A stretch of 64,000 nt of DNA from the NCBI RefSeq assembly GCF_963921235.1, contig NC_086097.1, positions 98,396,001 to 98,460,000 of the forward strand, written 5' to 3'. Positions 25,087-37,702 of this stretch are shown here, in pieces (the stretch's first letter is position 1; every line of letters begins with the position of its first letter). Position numbers and translations under genes: made by a program. The stretch is from Mobula hypostoma. Lineage: Eukaryota. The notes beneath the pieces are model-generated. The model did no database searches, was not told the DNA's origin, and was given only the letters and a program-made list of their open reading frames with translations.

Positions 25087-26009
25087 GTACCTCTTCCTAG
25101 AGATGCTGCCTGGCCTGCTGCGTTCACCAGCAACTTTTATGTGTGTTGCTTGAAATTCCAGCATCTGCAGATTTCCTCATGTATCACAGATATTTCGATT
25201 GTTTTCTGTAGTCCTTTCCCGCCATCTTTTGAAGTTGAAAATTAGTTTTCGCTTTTCCATTTCTAATAAAGGGTACTCAGCTGAAATATTACCTGTCTTT
25301 GCTTAAACACAGCCTGACTTTGTGAATGTTTCCAACATTTCTTCAGCAAAGAGGGCAGATAGATGCTTTCTAACATCTATCATTGCATGCAGAATGATGT
25401 GATTATACATTTAGTTCTGGCAAAGTTGAAAGTGCAGATGTCTAAATTGGGTGGAGTGGAGTTCAGACCAAGAGATGGGAAACAAAGCTGAAGTTATAAG
25501 ATGTGAGCTGGCAATGGTAGATTGCCAAACTATATTAAAATATATAACAGTTAAAAAGTGTCTAACATTTAAAAAATTTTATCTAGTTCGTAAATATTCC
25601 TTTAAGACACCACAATGCACCAGGCAGTGTTGATCGGATGGTAGTTTTTGAGGTACAGTACTTAAAATTTTTAATTGGAAAGATTGTGTAATATTGCTGA
25701 AAAGAACAATAAAAAGATTTGAAAAGTCATCAAAAGGTGTACCAACAATAGATAAAGGAAAGAAAGAAGATGAAAGTAATTAAAAGAAAAACACAGATAA
25801 ATCGCAAAAGCTTTTTAATGTATGTAAAAAGGGAAAGATTGGTAAAAAGAAAAATAAGAAATACCAGTTTATTGTGCCCTTGACCCAAGAAATTATTTTA
25901 TGGTTTGAGATTTGTTCACAGAAGAATACACGGAATACCACTGAATAATGATGGAAAGCGAGAACTAGAGTGAATGAGAAGCTGAAAAAATATTGACCAA
26001 GTTCATTTA

Positions 26010-26840
26010 AAATTAAAGTTCAATGTAGATTTGTTATCAAAGTATATTTATATCACAATATATAACCCTGAGGTTCACTTTCTTGCGGGTATACTCAATA
26101 AATCGATAATAGAATCAATGAAAGACCACAGCAACATGGGCATTCAACCAGTGTGCACAAGGCAACAAACTGTGAATACGATAAGAAGAAAATAATGATA
26201 ATAAATCAGTAATAAATATTGAGAACATAAGATGAAGAGTCCTTGAAAGTGAAACCATAGGTTGTGGGAATATTTTGATGATGGAGTGACTGAAACTATC
26301 CCTTTTGATTCAAGAGCCTGGTTGACTGGTAATAACTTCCTTAACCTGGTGGTGAGTCTCCTGAAGCTCCTGTACCACCTTCCTGATGGCAGTGAGAAGA
26401 GATGGTCTCTGGTGATGGATGCTGGTTCCTGTGACAATGCTTCATGTGAATATGCTCAATAGTGGGGAGGGTTTTACCCATGATGGGCTGGGCTGTATCC
26501 ACTACCTTTTGTAGGATTTTCTGTTCAAGACCATTGATGTTTTCATACCAGGCTGTGATGCAACCAGTCAATATACTCTCCACCATACATCTGTACAAGT
26601 TTGTCAAAGTTTTAGATGTCATGCCAAATGTTTGCAAACTCTTAAGGAAGTAGAGGCGTTGCTGTGCTTTCTTCGTAATTGCACTTGTATGCTGGGCCCA
26701 GGACAAGTCCTCTGAAATGATAACACCAAGGAATTTGAAATTGTTGATCCTCTCCAGCTCTGATCCTCTGATTAGACTTGTTCATGGACCTCTGGTTTCC
26801 TCCCCCTGAAGTCAGTAGTTAGCTCCTTGGTTTTGCTAAA
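26010..26840 (-). mobile_element. Rex/Babar-like LINE 3' fragment
   Basis: SWAQHTSAITKKAQQRLYFL...LYRCMVESILTGCITAWY; LPSGRWYRS. Confidence 0.85.
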
Positions 26841-28030
26841 ACATGATTGACTACATCCTAACGATTTGAAAATAACGAACCCAATAGTTGTCATTTAGTA
26901 ATACTGTCATATATTCAAGACTGAGGTAGTAAATATAAGCTCTATGGAAATGGATGATTAAGCATGGATGTAAATATGAATCATCTTGATATGGATAGTA
27001 AGTGAAATTCTAGAATCTGTGATTAAGAAATTGATGACAGAGGAATTATTAATAGGAATGGGCAGAATTAGAGTAATTTGCGATATGGAAATGGTGTTTG
27101 AGAAATTCGTTAGCACTCTTGAGATTGCAACTAGCAGAAACGATGGGGACCGAGTCAATGTAGTGTATACGGGCTCTCTGGAAGGTCTTTGATAAGGAGC
27201 CACATATTAAACTAGACTGGAACACATGGGGCAGAGTGCAATATAATACTGGCATGAATTAAAGATTGGTTAACAGATGGAAAACATAAAAATAAACTTT
27301 TGTGGTTTGAAGTTGATATCTAGTGGGTGTCACAGACAGGTGGGGGACCCCAGATATTCACAATCAACTTCAATGATTTAGGATAAGGAGATCTAGTGTA
27401 ATTTATCAAGTGTGCTGATGATACAAAGCTAGATTTCTGTGAGGAGAGTGCAAAGGGTTTTGCAGGAGGACATGGGTAAAGAAATGGCAGATAAAATATT
27501 GTGGAAATAAAAGGAGAAGCCAGTCACTTGGTAGGACAAATGAAAAGGTGGTCTATTTTGTTTTTAAATGGTGAGAAATTGAAGTATTAATGTTTATAGG
27601 AACCTCCCTAAAGTTAACATGTAAGTGCAGCAAGCAATTAGTAAGCTAAGCAGTATGCTAGCTTTTATTACAAGAGGAGTTGAGAGCTAGGGTAAAGAAA
27701 CTTTAGTGCAAGGGTTCCCAATCTTTATTGTCCCATGGGCGCTTGCCATTAACAGAGGGGTCTGTGAAATTAAATAGGGCCCCACCTTGAGATTTCACCT
27801 GGGATATTGTGTGTGGGTCTTCCGACCTCTGTATTCTTCTGTATTCGTTAGGATTCTACAATATTTCCTGTAGATGATAAAAATTCATGGAAGGGGGGAG
27901 ATTATTCCAAGGTGAAGTGTGGTTAAGGATGAGAGGTAGTATGGGAATTCTAGTTTGATTTACCCTGGTTCAGTCAGGCAGGGTGGGTATCATGTTGAGG
28001 AATGTCTGATTTCCTTTTGGGTTTTTGCAG

Positions 28031-28084
28031 GTCTACAAGCAGAAATCCTCAGCGCGCAACATGGTTCTCACCAACACCAAGAAG
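28031..28084 (+). CDS. INO80: INO80 coding exon (54 nt)
   Basis: ttgcag| ... |gtaggt; VYKQKSSARNMVLTNTKK, equivalent to INO80 ANKQKASARNLFLTNSRK. Confidence 0.93.
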
Positions 28085-28429
28085 GTAGGTCACTCACAAA
28101 AACATGGTAAATTGAGGGAAATTAATGGGACAGCTCAAAATAATTCCACTCCCAAGTAGTGGAATGGTCGGGGCTTTTGGGTACAGGGTAGTGAGGTGCT
28201 GATGGAAGTGCGATATGGTATGGGATTATGTACCCCAGCTTCTACAATTAGTTGTTATTAAATGGATGGAACTTATCAATTTGCACAGTATTCCATGAGA
28301 ATTTTCCCTTAAATGTACAGGCATAAATGTTGACTGCAGAGCACAGAGCTCTTCTATTATGGTGTTATTGCAAGATTTCGATCTATATCAAAGGCCAGTT
28401 ACTGTAAATTGCTTCAGTACAGTGTAGAG

Positions 28430-29095
28430 CAATTTGATGTTACTGTTGATGGTGTGGATGTGGTGAGGACCTATGGGTACCTGGGGGTGCACGTGGAATA
28501 CAGACTGAGTGGAGCACCAACGCAGAGGCTGTGTACAAGAAGGGCCAGAGTCACCTCTACTGCCTGAGGAGACTGAGGTCCTTTGGAGTATGCAGGCCTC
28601 GCCTTCTCATGTTCTACCAGTCTGTTGTTGCCAGTACAATCTTCTGTGCGGTGGTGTGCTGGGACAATGACATCAACACAGGTGATGCCAACAGGCTCAA
28701 TGAACAGATTAGAAAGGCTGGCTCTGCTGTAGGAGTCAAAACTAGACACACTGGAAGCTGTAGTAGAACAAAGGACCCTACAGAAAATCCTGTCAGTTCT
28801 GGACGATGTTTCTCACCCTCTGCATGCCACTTGGCTAAACAGAGTAAGACTTTTAGTCTAAGACAACTGCGTTACCAAAGAGCACTATAAAGAGGTCATT
28901 CTTACCCTCGGCCATTGGGCTCTATAACGAGTCAACCTATAACTGGGGAAGTGGTGACCCCCCCCCCCAGACTGTTTGTAGTAACTTATCTTTTATTCTT
29001 TCTACTTCTCTTCTAATGTTTATATCTGTGTACTTGTAATGCTACTATGACTGTAATTTCCTTTGGGATCAATAACGTATCTTTCTATCTATATC
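28430..29095 (+). mobile_element. Rex-like LINE 3' fragment
   Basis: YKKGQSHLYCLRRLRSFGVC..FYQSVVASTIF; tail gggatcaataacgtatctttctatct. Confidence 0.8.
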
Positions 29096-29277
29096 TTATC
29101 AGTGGCTGAGGATGTGTCATGTGAATGTTGTTTTGAGAACAAGGGTTTTAAGTAGTTTGCTGCTTCCCATAAACACAAGTGACAGTGACAACCAGCATTG
29201 ATGGTAGAACCATTTGTTTGATTTTATGTTTGATATTTTTATGTATCGCTATATTTGTGCTTTTTGTCTTTTGCCAG

Positions 29278-29481
29278 CTGGCACACCAGTGTATGCGAGA
29301 AGTGCGGAGGGCTGCCATCCAGGCACAAAAGAATTGTAAAGAAACGCTACCACGAGCTCGCAGGCTGACCAAAGAGATGTTGTTGTACTGGAAAAAATAT
29401 GATAAAGTAGAGAAGGAACATCGGAAACGGGCAGAGAAAGAAGCCCTGGAACAGCGGAAACTGGATGAAGAGATGCGTGAG
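29278..29481 (+). CDS. INO80: INO80 coding exon (DBINO/HSA helix)
   Basis: tgccag| ... |gtttga; LAHQCMREVRRAAIQAQKNCKETLPRARRLTKEMLLYWKKYDKVEKEHRKRAEKEALEQRKLDEEMRE. Confidence 0.98.
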
Positions 29482-30439
29482 GTTTGAAGTTTTTTAGCAC
29501 TTGATTTAACAGTAAATATTTGTTAAAGGATAAAACCGGAGAGGAAAAATAGTAGACCTTTCATTTAAGATAGAGCCTCTGACTGTTGATTGTTTACTTC
29601 TGGCTGACGGATGGAGGTATGTAGCTGAATGGAAGTATATGACATAGAAATCATTCCAAACAAACCCAAAATATGTATAGCACCTTTAAAAACTGGAAAG
29701 CACTGCAAAATTCTTGCACAATGATACTTTGCTAAGGTAGTGCGTGTAAGTTTTGGATAAATGTGGATTTCAAGTTTAAAAGTGTTAAGAAGTGGCTCTG
29801 AACTGTGGGGAGGTTTCGACAGAGAATTACAGAAGTACGCAATTGCAATTTTACGTGAACTACAATTCCTTATGTTCGACAGTTGGATTTTGTAAAATGA
29901 TAGGGACAGGATGGGAAAGAATTAATTTGCTAGGAAGGGATTAGATATGAGAAATTTTGAACTCATTGGTTGATATGAATTGAGGGGAGGTTGCTGGAGT
30001 GTCATGTGGAAAGTGAATAATAGTAGTTTGTGTTCTCTCAATATTTAGTATGGTGTTAGGAAATGGACTCTCTGTCTTACTAACTTGGTTGTAAGATATC
30101 TTCTACTTGGTGGTTGATGAGTACCTGCTTTGAAAATCACACATTGAAGACTGTGGCAAAGTATTAAATTCTATGAAATTAAGGGACAAATGTCATATAG
30201 GACATTTTGCAAATTTAGATTGGAATGTGATTTAGTCAGAAATGAAGTTCATCAGAGCTCAGTTTTCCAGTTCATCGTTAACAAATATTTAAATAAGGTT
30301 TGAAAGAAATCACATGTGAAGTTGTATTAAACACAAATAGGGTGAAGAATTTGGAGCAAATTGATAGTCTGCATACTGATGGATATGGTGTACAGCTTGG
30401 GCAAATGGTGTTATGTTAATGGTCAGAAGTCTGGAACTT

Positions 30440-33400
30440 GGCCGGCAGTTTGTGCAAGACTCTTGACTGAGAATGTACAAGGTTGTCTTTGCGGAGAATG
30501 GCTAACCCGATGGCTTCTGCCTCAACCCTGGTCACACAACCTAAAACATCTAGCAATCATCTGCTGAGGAGGTTTTCCACCATCATTTTAGTGGCGGTGT
30601 ACATTACACCTCAAGGCGACGTAGGCAGGCACAAGAGAGGCTGAGCACCATAATCAGCAGTCACGAAACAGCACCCCCGGATAACCTCCCAATCATTGCA
30701 GTGGATTTCAACTTGCCCAGGTTGAAGAAATCTCTGAACAACTACCACCAACATATCATCTGTGGAACAAGGGGACTCAGCGCTCTTTACTGTTCTACTA
30801 CCATCAAGAATGCTTTCCATGCCATCCCACACCCACACTTTGGAAAGTCTGATCACCTGGCTGTACTTTACTCCTGGCATATAGCCAGAGACCAAAGACT
30901 GCAGCGCCACTGTTGAGGATCAAGAAGTTATGGTCAAGGTAGATGGAGAAGTACTTTCAGGACTGCTTTGAGTTGGTGGCCTGGACAATATTCAATGATT
31001 CATCTTTGAATATGGACGAATATGCTACAGTTATCACTGACTTCATCAAGACCTGTGTGGATGAGTGTGTGTCTTTGACGACATACCCAAAGCAAAAGCT
31101 GTGGATGAACCTGCAGATTCGTAGTCTGCTGAGGGTGAGATCTGTCACATTTTGAAACCAGTGACCCAGAACTGTACAAGAAGTCCCAATATGACCTGCA
31201 AAAGGCTATTTTAAGAACAGAAAAAAGAATTCTGATTGAAGTTAGAGATGGAATTGGATGCACATCAGCTTTGGAAGGGTTTGAAGGTTATTACTTCCAA
31301 CGAAGTGAAACCTAATGTCAGGAATGGCTGTGATGTTTGACTTCCAGGTGAGCTCAATGCCTTTTTATGCAAGCTTGGAAAGGGAGAATAAAACTGCACC
31401 TATGCGAAACCTTATAGCATCTAGCGATTGTGATCTCTCTTGGAGGCTGATATCAGAACATTTTTCAAGAGATAAACCCTCTCAAGATCTCAGGTCCTGA
31501 TGGTGTACCTGGTAGGGTACTGTAAATATGTGCCAACCAGCTGGTGGGAGTGTTTAAGGACATCTTCATTCTCTTACTGTTGCAGTCGGAGGTTCCCACC
31601 TGCTTCAAAAGGGCAAAAATCATGCCTGTGCCCAAGAAGAGCAGAGTAAGCTGCCTTAACAACTATTGCCCAGTTGCACTCACATCCACTGTGATGAAGT
31701 TCTTTGAGAGGTTGGTCATGGCCAGTATCAACTCCTGCTTGAGCAAGGACCTGGACCTGCTGCAATTTTCCTATTGCCACAATAAGTCTGCAACAGATCA
31801 ATCTCACTGGCTCTCCACTCTGCCTTGGATCACCTGGACAATAGCAGCACTTGCGTCAGGCTGCTGTTTATTGACTACAACTTAGTGCTCAACACAATCA
31901 TACCCTCAGTTCTAATCAACAGGCTCCATACATGGGATCTACAACTGGTTCCTTGACTTCTCACCAGGAGACCAGTCTTTGCAGATGGGAAATAACATCT
32001 CCTCGCTGACAATTACCACTGGCCCACCTCAAGGATGCGTGGTTAGCCCACTGCTCTACTCTCCCTGCACCCAGGGCTGTGTGGCTGTGCACAGCTCAAA
32101 CATCATCTATAAATTTGTTGATATTATAACTGTTGGCAGTTTTTCAGATGGTGACAAGGAACTTGTACAGGAGTACAAGTTGATCAGATGGTTCAGTGAT
32201 GCCACAGCAACAACCTTGCACTCAACGTAAGTAAGACCAAGGAACTGATTGTGAACTTTGAGAAGGGGAAGCTGAAGGAATGCACTAGTCCTCAATAGGG
32301 GATTGGAAGTGGAAAGGGTGAGCAGTTTCAAGTTCCTGGTTGTCAACCTCTCTGAAGATCTATCCTGGGCCCAACACATTGACAAGAAGGCATACCAGTG
32401 GCTAAATTTCATTCAGAGTTTGAAACTTGCTCTGTCACTAAAGACAATTTGCAAATTTCTACAAATGCACCATGGAGAGCATTCTAATTGGTTGCACAGC
32501 CATCTGGTATGGAAGGGCAAAAGATTGGCAAAAGCTGAAGAAAGTTGAAAACTCTGTCAGCTCCATCATGGGCACCAGCCGCCCCAGCATCAAGGACACT
32601 GAAAAAGCGATGTCTCAAAAAGACAGCATCTATCATTAAGGACTCCCATCACCCAGGACATGCCCTCTTCTCATCAAGGAGGAGGTGCAGGAGCCTGAAG
32701 ACACGCTTGATGCTTCAGGAACAGCTTCTTCCCCTTGGTCATCAGATTTTTGAATGGACATTGAATCCATGAATGCTATCTCACTATATAAACCTTATTT
32801 TTGCTCTCTTTTTGAAGTATTTTTATTATGTATTGCAATGTACTCCTGCCACAAAACTCCAAATTTCACGACCTATGAAATGTGAGGAGGATGTTATGAG
32901 AATGCAGGGTGACTTGGACAGGCTGGGTGAGTGGGCAGATGTATGGCAGATGCAGTTTAATGTGGATAAATGTGAAGTTATCCAGTCTGGTGGTAAGAAC
33001 GGGAAGGCAGATTATTATCTAAATGGAGTCAAGTTAGGAAAAGGGGAAGCACAATGAGATCTAGGTGTTCTTGTACATCAGTCACTGAAAGCAAGCATGC
33101 AAGTACAACAGGCAGTGAAGAAAGCTAATGGCATGCTGGCCTTCATAACAAGGGGAATTGAGTATAAGAGCAAAGAGGTCCTTCTGCAGCTGTACAGGGC
33201 CCTGGTGAGACCACACCTGGAGTACTGTGTGCAGTTTTGGTCTCCAAATTTTGAGGAAGGACATTCTTGCTATTGAGGAAGTGCATCGTAGGTTCACAAG
33301 GTTAATTCCCGGGATGGCGGGACTTTCACATGTCAAAAGATTGGAGCGACTGGGCTCGTATACTCTGGAATTTAGAAGGCTGAGAGGGGATCTTATTGAA

Positions 33401-33800
33401 ACATATAAGATTATTAAGGGATTAGACACGCTGGAGGCAGGAAGCATGTTCCCGCTGATGGGTGATTCCAGAACCAGAGGCCACAGTTTAAGAATAAGGG
33501 GTAGGCTATTTAGAATGGAGTTGAGGAAAAATTTTTTCACCCAGAGAGTGGTGGATATATGGAATGCTCTGCCCCAGAAGGCTGTGGAGGCCAAGTCTCT
33601 GGATGCTTTCGAAAAAGAGATGGATAGAGCTCTCAAAGATATCGGAATCAAAGGTTATGGGGATAAGGCAGGAACTGGATACTGATAGTGGATGATCAGC
33701 CATGATCACAGTGAATGGCGGTGCTGGCTTGAAGGGCCGAATGGCCTACTCCTGCACCTATTGTCTATGACAGTGATATTAAACCAGATTCTGATTCCAA
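30440..33800 (+). mobile_element. Rex/Babar-like LINE (decayed endonuclease + RT), 3' end split by CR1
   Basis: PHPHFGKSDHLAV, VPTCFKRAKIMPVPKK..CPVALTS, PQGCVVSPLL; 3' end aaatttcacgacctatga | cagtgatattaaaccagattctgatt. Confidence 0.8.
32879..33764 (+). mobile_element. Relatively well-preserved CR1 LINE 3' end
   Basis: LVRPHLEYC..RRLRGDLIETYKII..FFTQRVVDIWNALP; 3' end cctactcctgcacctattgt; flanking direct repeat ctatga (32873-78 / 33765-70). Confidence 0.9.
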
Positions 33801-34817
33801 TTCTGGAATAAATGTTTAACATAGACCAGTACAGCACGGTACAACTCCTTAGCTCATGATGTACTGACCTTTTAACCTACTCCAAGATCAATCTAATGCT
33901 TCCCTCTTACAAAAATCTCAATTTTCCCTTCATCCATGTGCCTATCAAGGAGTTTCTTAAATGTTGCTAATGTACCTGCCTTACCACCACTCCTCCTGGC
34001 AGCACGTTCCATGCATCTGAACTTCTGTACCTCTGACATCTGCCTGCCTTAATGTCTAATGTTTCTCATAAACACGCTTTGTAATCCAGGCTAACTGCTC
34101 TGCACCCACTCTCAAATTTTCATATCCTTCTTATAATGAGGTGACCAGAACGGAACAGAATACTTCAAATCTGTACATTGACATGTTCCAGCATATTAGT
34201 CTGTTCTACACTGTCTTCACATGCTACATGGTCCCCCTCAATGAAAACTTTGCTTCAGAAGTCACCAGTAAGGACCCCAGTTCTTCCTGCGTGTTCCCCC
34301 CCCCCCACCAATCTCCAACCTCTGACTGGTCAAATTTTTTGTTTTATATAGCTTGAGAGACAGAGCTTGAAAGGGGTTCAAATCGAAAGATTTTGGGGCA
34401 TTGTGGTGTTGGTACTGTTTTGAAATTGTTTCAATCCACTTCTTCGAGTAGCAACTATATTTGCCAAGTTAAGAAATTATGATGGGCAAAGAAATGGATC
34501 TGAATTCTGGGACTTGGCAGATTTTTTTTTGAACCTTTTGTGTTTTTATATTTATTATAAATTAAACTTTAAGGTATTATTACATGGTTCAATTTTAAGA
34601 TCTGTCAAATGTAATCTCGGAAATGTTGAAATAATCCTTGTTGGAGACCTGAAAGTGCAAGGGCAAATTAAACAAAAATAATGGTTGTAGGTATCCATTA
34701 ACATTAATCAAAACTTCCTTGTTTTTCATTTGATACTAGACCTTTGTCTCTAACTTTTTCCCCAAGGTTGTCGCATTTCCACAAGACAAATCTTACCCTG
34801 CTCTTTTTCATTTCTAG

Positions 34818-35013
34818 GCAAAAAGGCAACAGCGGAAGTTGAACTTTCTAATCACACAAACAGAGCTGTATGCACATTTTATGAGCCGGAAGCGAACGCC
34901 TGGGAATGATGCATTGCAGGAAGAAATCTTGATGAAGCTAGATGACAATGTAATGTACAGACAGATTGACATAGGAGGTGGTGTTATGGTTAATGTCAGT
35001 CAAGAGGATTACG
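34818..35013 (+). CDS. INO80: INO80 coding exon (end of DBINO)
   Basis: ttctag| ... |gtaaga; AKRQQRKLNFLITQTELYAHFMSRKRTPGNDALQEEILMKLDDNVMYRQIDIGGGVMVNVSQEDY. Confidence 0.98.
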
Positions 35014-37702
35014 GTAAGAATGCGTCACAATTTATCTTGGGGAGGGGAAAAGTAATACTTGTTTATGCTCCAATCCACTTCAGAGTTAACAAATAGCTTT
35101 AATTAGATTACTTTTTATTCTAGTGTGGGGAAAATTGCAACCATTTTGTGCATACCCATGTGAAAACAAATTATATTTTTACAGTGTTGTTTCAGGGCCA
35201 TATTTTTTTCTAGACAATGCAATAACTCCACTGCTTTTAGAAATATCATATGGGAGTATTTTGGTCCATAACAGAAAAGACCAAGCCTCAAAGTAATATC
35301 TCGTCTCTTCTCATTATGCTACATAGAGTGTTGGTCAAGATCTTTGTGCTTGTATCTCTGGAGACTAGACTGTTACCAGCTGAGCCAGAGCTAATTTAAA
35401 GCTGTGATATTTTTTGATATATTTCACTCAGTCTGTTTCCCTAGTTGCTACTTTGAAAGCATTTAAACAAATAAATTGGTCCTATACAAGACAACCTAAG
35501 TAACTTCGCAAAATGTTTAGGTTCCAAGAACATACTGAAGGTGGGGAACTATTGAGAATCTAATGAGTGCTATCCAAGGTCTAACATTAACTAGAATCTA
35601 TACTGGACTATAGCTAATTAACCTAACAGTGCAGCCTCAGGTGTGTCCAATTCTTCCTTTTATGATCAGGAGAGTATCTATACCTAAAGAATAGCTCTCT
35701 TGCTCAAAGACAGATCATTGGCAAATTATGCGGTCTGAATTTTCTGTGACTCAGCATCAGTCAGGTCCCAAGTGTTTCAAACTGCAGTAAGAGGGAAAAG
35801 AATGCTATAAGAGGTAACCTAGAGGTAGATATGCATTTGTAATCGTTTTTACAGAATTCTAAAGGTAGTTTCCTTGTATTGGTGGCAAATATGACCTTAT
35901 TTAAGAAATTAATGGATAAATGAGACAATAAACTATGTACTGATTAACAATATTAGTTGTAGAGAAAATTTAAACAGCTATTTTAAAGGAAGATATGTCA
36001 GGACACTTGGATAATATAAACAGGATTAGACAAAATCAACATAGATTTCTGAAAGAGCAATCATGTTTGACATCCAGTTGGAGTTTTTAAGGATGTAACT
36101 GGGTATGTGGATGAAGGAAAATTTAATGCGTCGAATGACTTGCGGTCTAATGGAAAACTATTTTATGTTGGCTATCTAGTTTTTCAGAAATGGTTTAATT
36201 GAAGACTTATGAAAGGTTAGTGTAAAATTGTAGTGCAAGTTTTTTGTGTGATGCATTGACATGAATTGAAATCAATTGATAGGAAATAATGGGGTTGCAA
36301 AGTTAATCCATTGAAGTACGCTTCTGTACACTTGTATTGAGATCAAGTGTACTTTTGAGTTCAGTGTCATAGTCATACAACACAGAAATGGAACCCCATT
36401 TACCAACTTGTGACCTGTAGCCTACTAGCCCTTGATTTAAGTGCTTGTCTTGCTATTTAAATTTTGAGAGTTCTTGCCTCCACCACTTTTTCAGATAGTG
36501 CATCCAAATTACAACTATCATCTGGGTGGGAAAAATAATTTGGTTGAATCCTCTTCCAAAATTCTTAAACCTTGTCCTAAACCTGTTCCCTCTAGTTCTG
36601 GGTCCTTTGTATACTGGTGTCTTAAACACATTTTATTCAGACCCCTCATAATTTTGCATAGCTCTATCTGGTTCCCTCTTCAGCTTCTGCTCCAAGGAAA
36701 ACAAACACAGCCTATCCTCTCTCATTTTAAGTGAAACACTCCATTTTGGCAGCATCCTGGTGGGACTCCTCTGTAATGATGTCACATGTTTTGTGGCACC
36801 TTGACTCTTTGACTTGTGTTTGGATCTGGAGTACGAAGATGCAGTCTGTTACAGATGTAATATTAAGAGCAGACAACAGGCTACAATCCTTTGTTTTTCA
36901 TTGTTATTGAGTCTCCAAGACCAAAGCAAACTGAGATGACAATGCATACAAGTGCCAGATCAAATTGCTTTCTTTTAAATTGGCATCAATATTGACCCTC
37001 CCTGGTAGTTGTTGGAGCAGGAACTACACGGACTGAATAAGCTTGGGTTTTGTCTTCCTCTGTTTCTCAGATGTACAGAACCTGGTCACATACAAGTGGT
37101 TAAAATGTTTTACATAGTCTTCAGAAGAGATTCAGGTTATTAGTCTAGTTTTCCTCAAAATTAAGTTGAAGTGAAGTGTTTTTCATATTTTTATTCCTCT
37201 GTGCATCTTCTTTCCAAATGCCAAATTTTTTTTCTTACAATTAATTTGATTCCGTTAAGTCAGCTGTGAAAATTTGAGAATTGTTTGAATCTGCATCATG
37301 CAGCTGTATATCATGCTGCAAGAACATATTGAGCATCAGCAGAAGTCGTGATGTATTGACTCTTAACAAGAAAAAGTCCTCGTGCAACATTAAGTGGATG
37401 TTGCTCAATTCTATCTATGTGCATGTGAAGGAAATTAAGCTGGGCCAGAATGTACAGGTTACCAATATCTATAACTAACATGGGAGTTTTTTTTCCCACA
37501 TTGCTGCTGAGAAATAATGCACTTCAAATTGTTATTTTACACAAGGAATTCAGTGAAGAGCAATCTTAGTATATGCTAATTTGAATTCTACCTGAGATCT
37601 TGATGCTCCAAAGCTCCCATCCTTGCCAATAAAATAATTGGCTCATGGAAGACCAGAGTCAACAAAATATTGTGTAGCCAGTAATTATGACATTTAGCAT
37701 TA

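Larger units (their letters stand above)
24359..25182. mobile_element. Penelope-like element remnant, fold-back (inverted pLTR pair)
   Basis: Inverted arms ~24359-24756 and ~24797-25150, each with a hammerhead. The spacer on - encodes MNIDFSNFC*, a PLE-type ORF C-terminus. The + arm has an extra 3' tail (tgaaattccagcatctgcagatttcctcatgt). Confidence 0.8.

Noticed and set aside
24234..25153. Several 80-140 aa ORFs on both strands
   Set aside because: Low-complexity frames of the inverted PLE arms; only the short MNIDFSNF end is meaningful.
29179..29277. Hydrophobic signal or TM-like peptide in the ORF preceding the DBINO exon
   Set aside because: It is the T-rich polypyrimidine tract of the intron read in frame.
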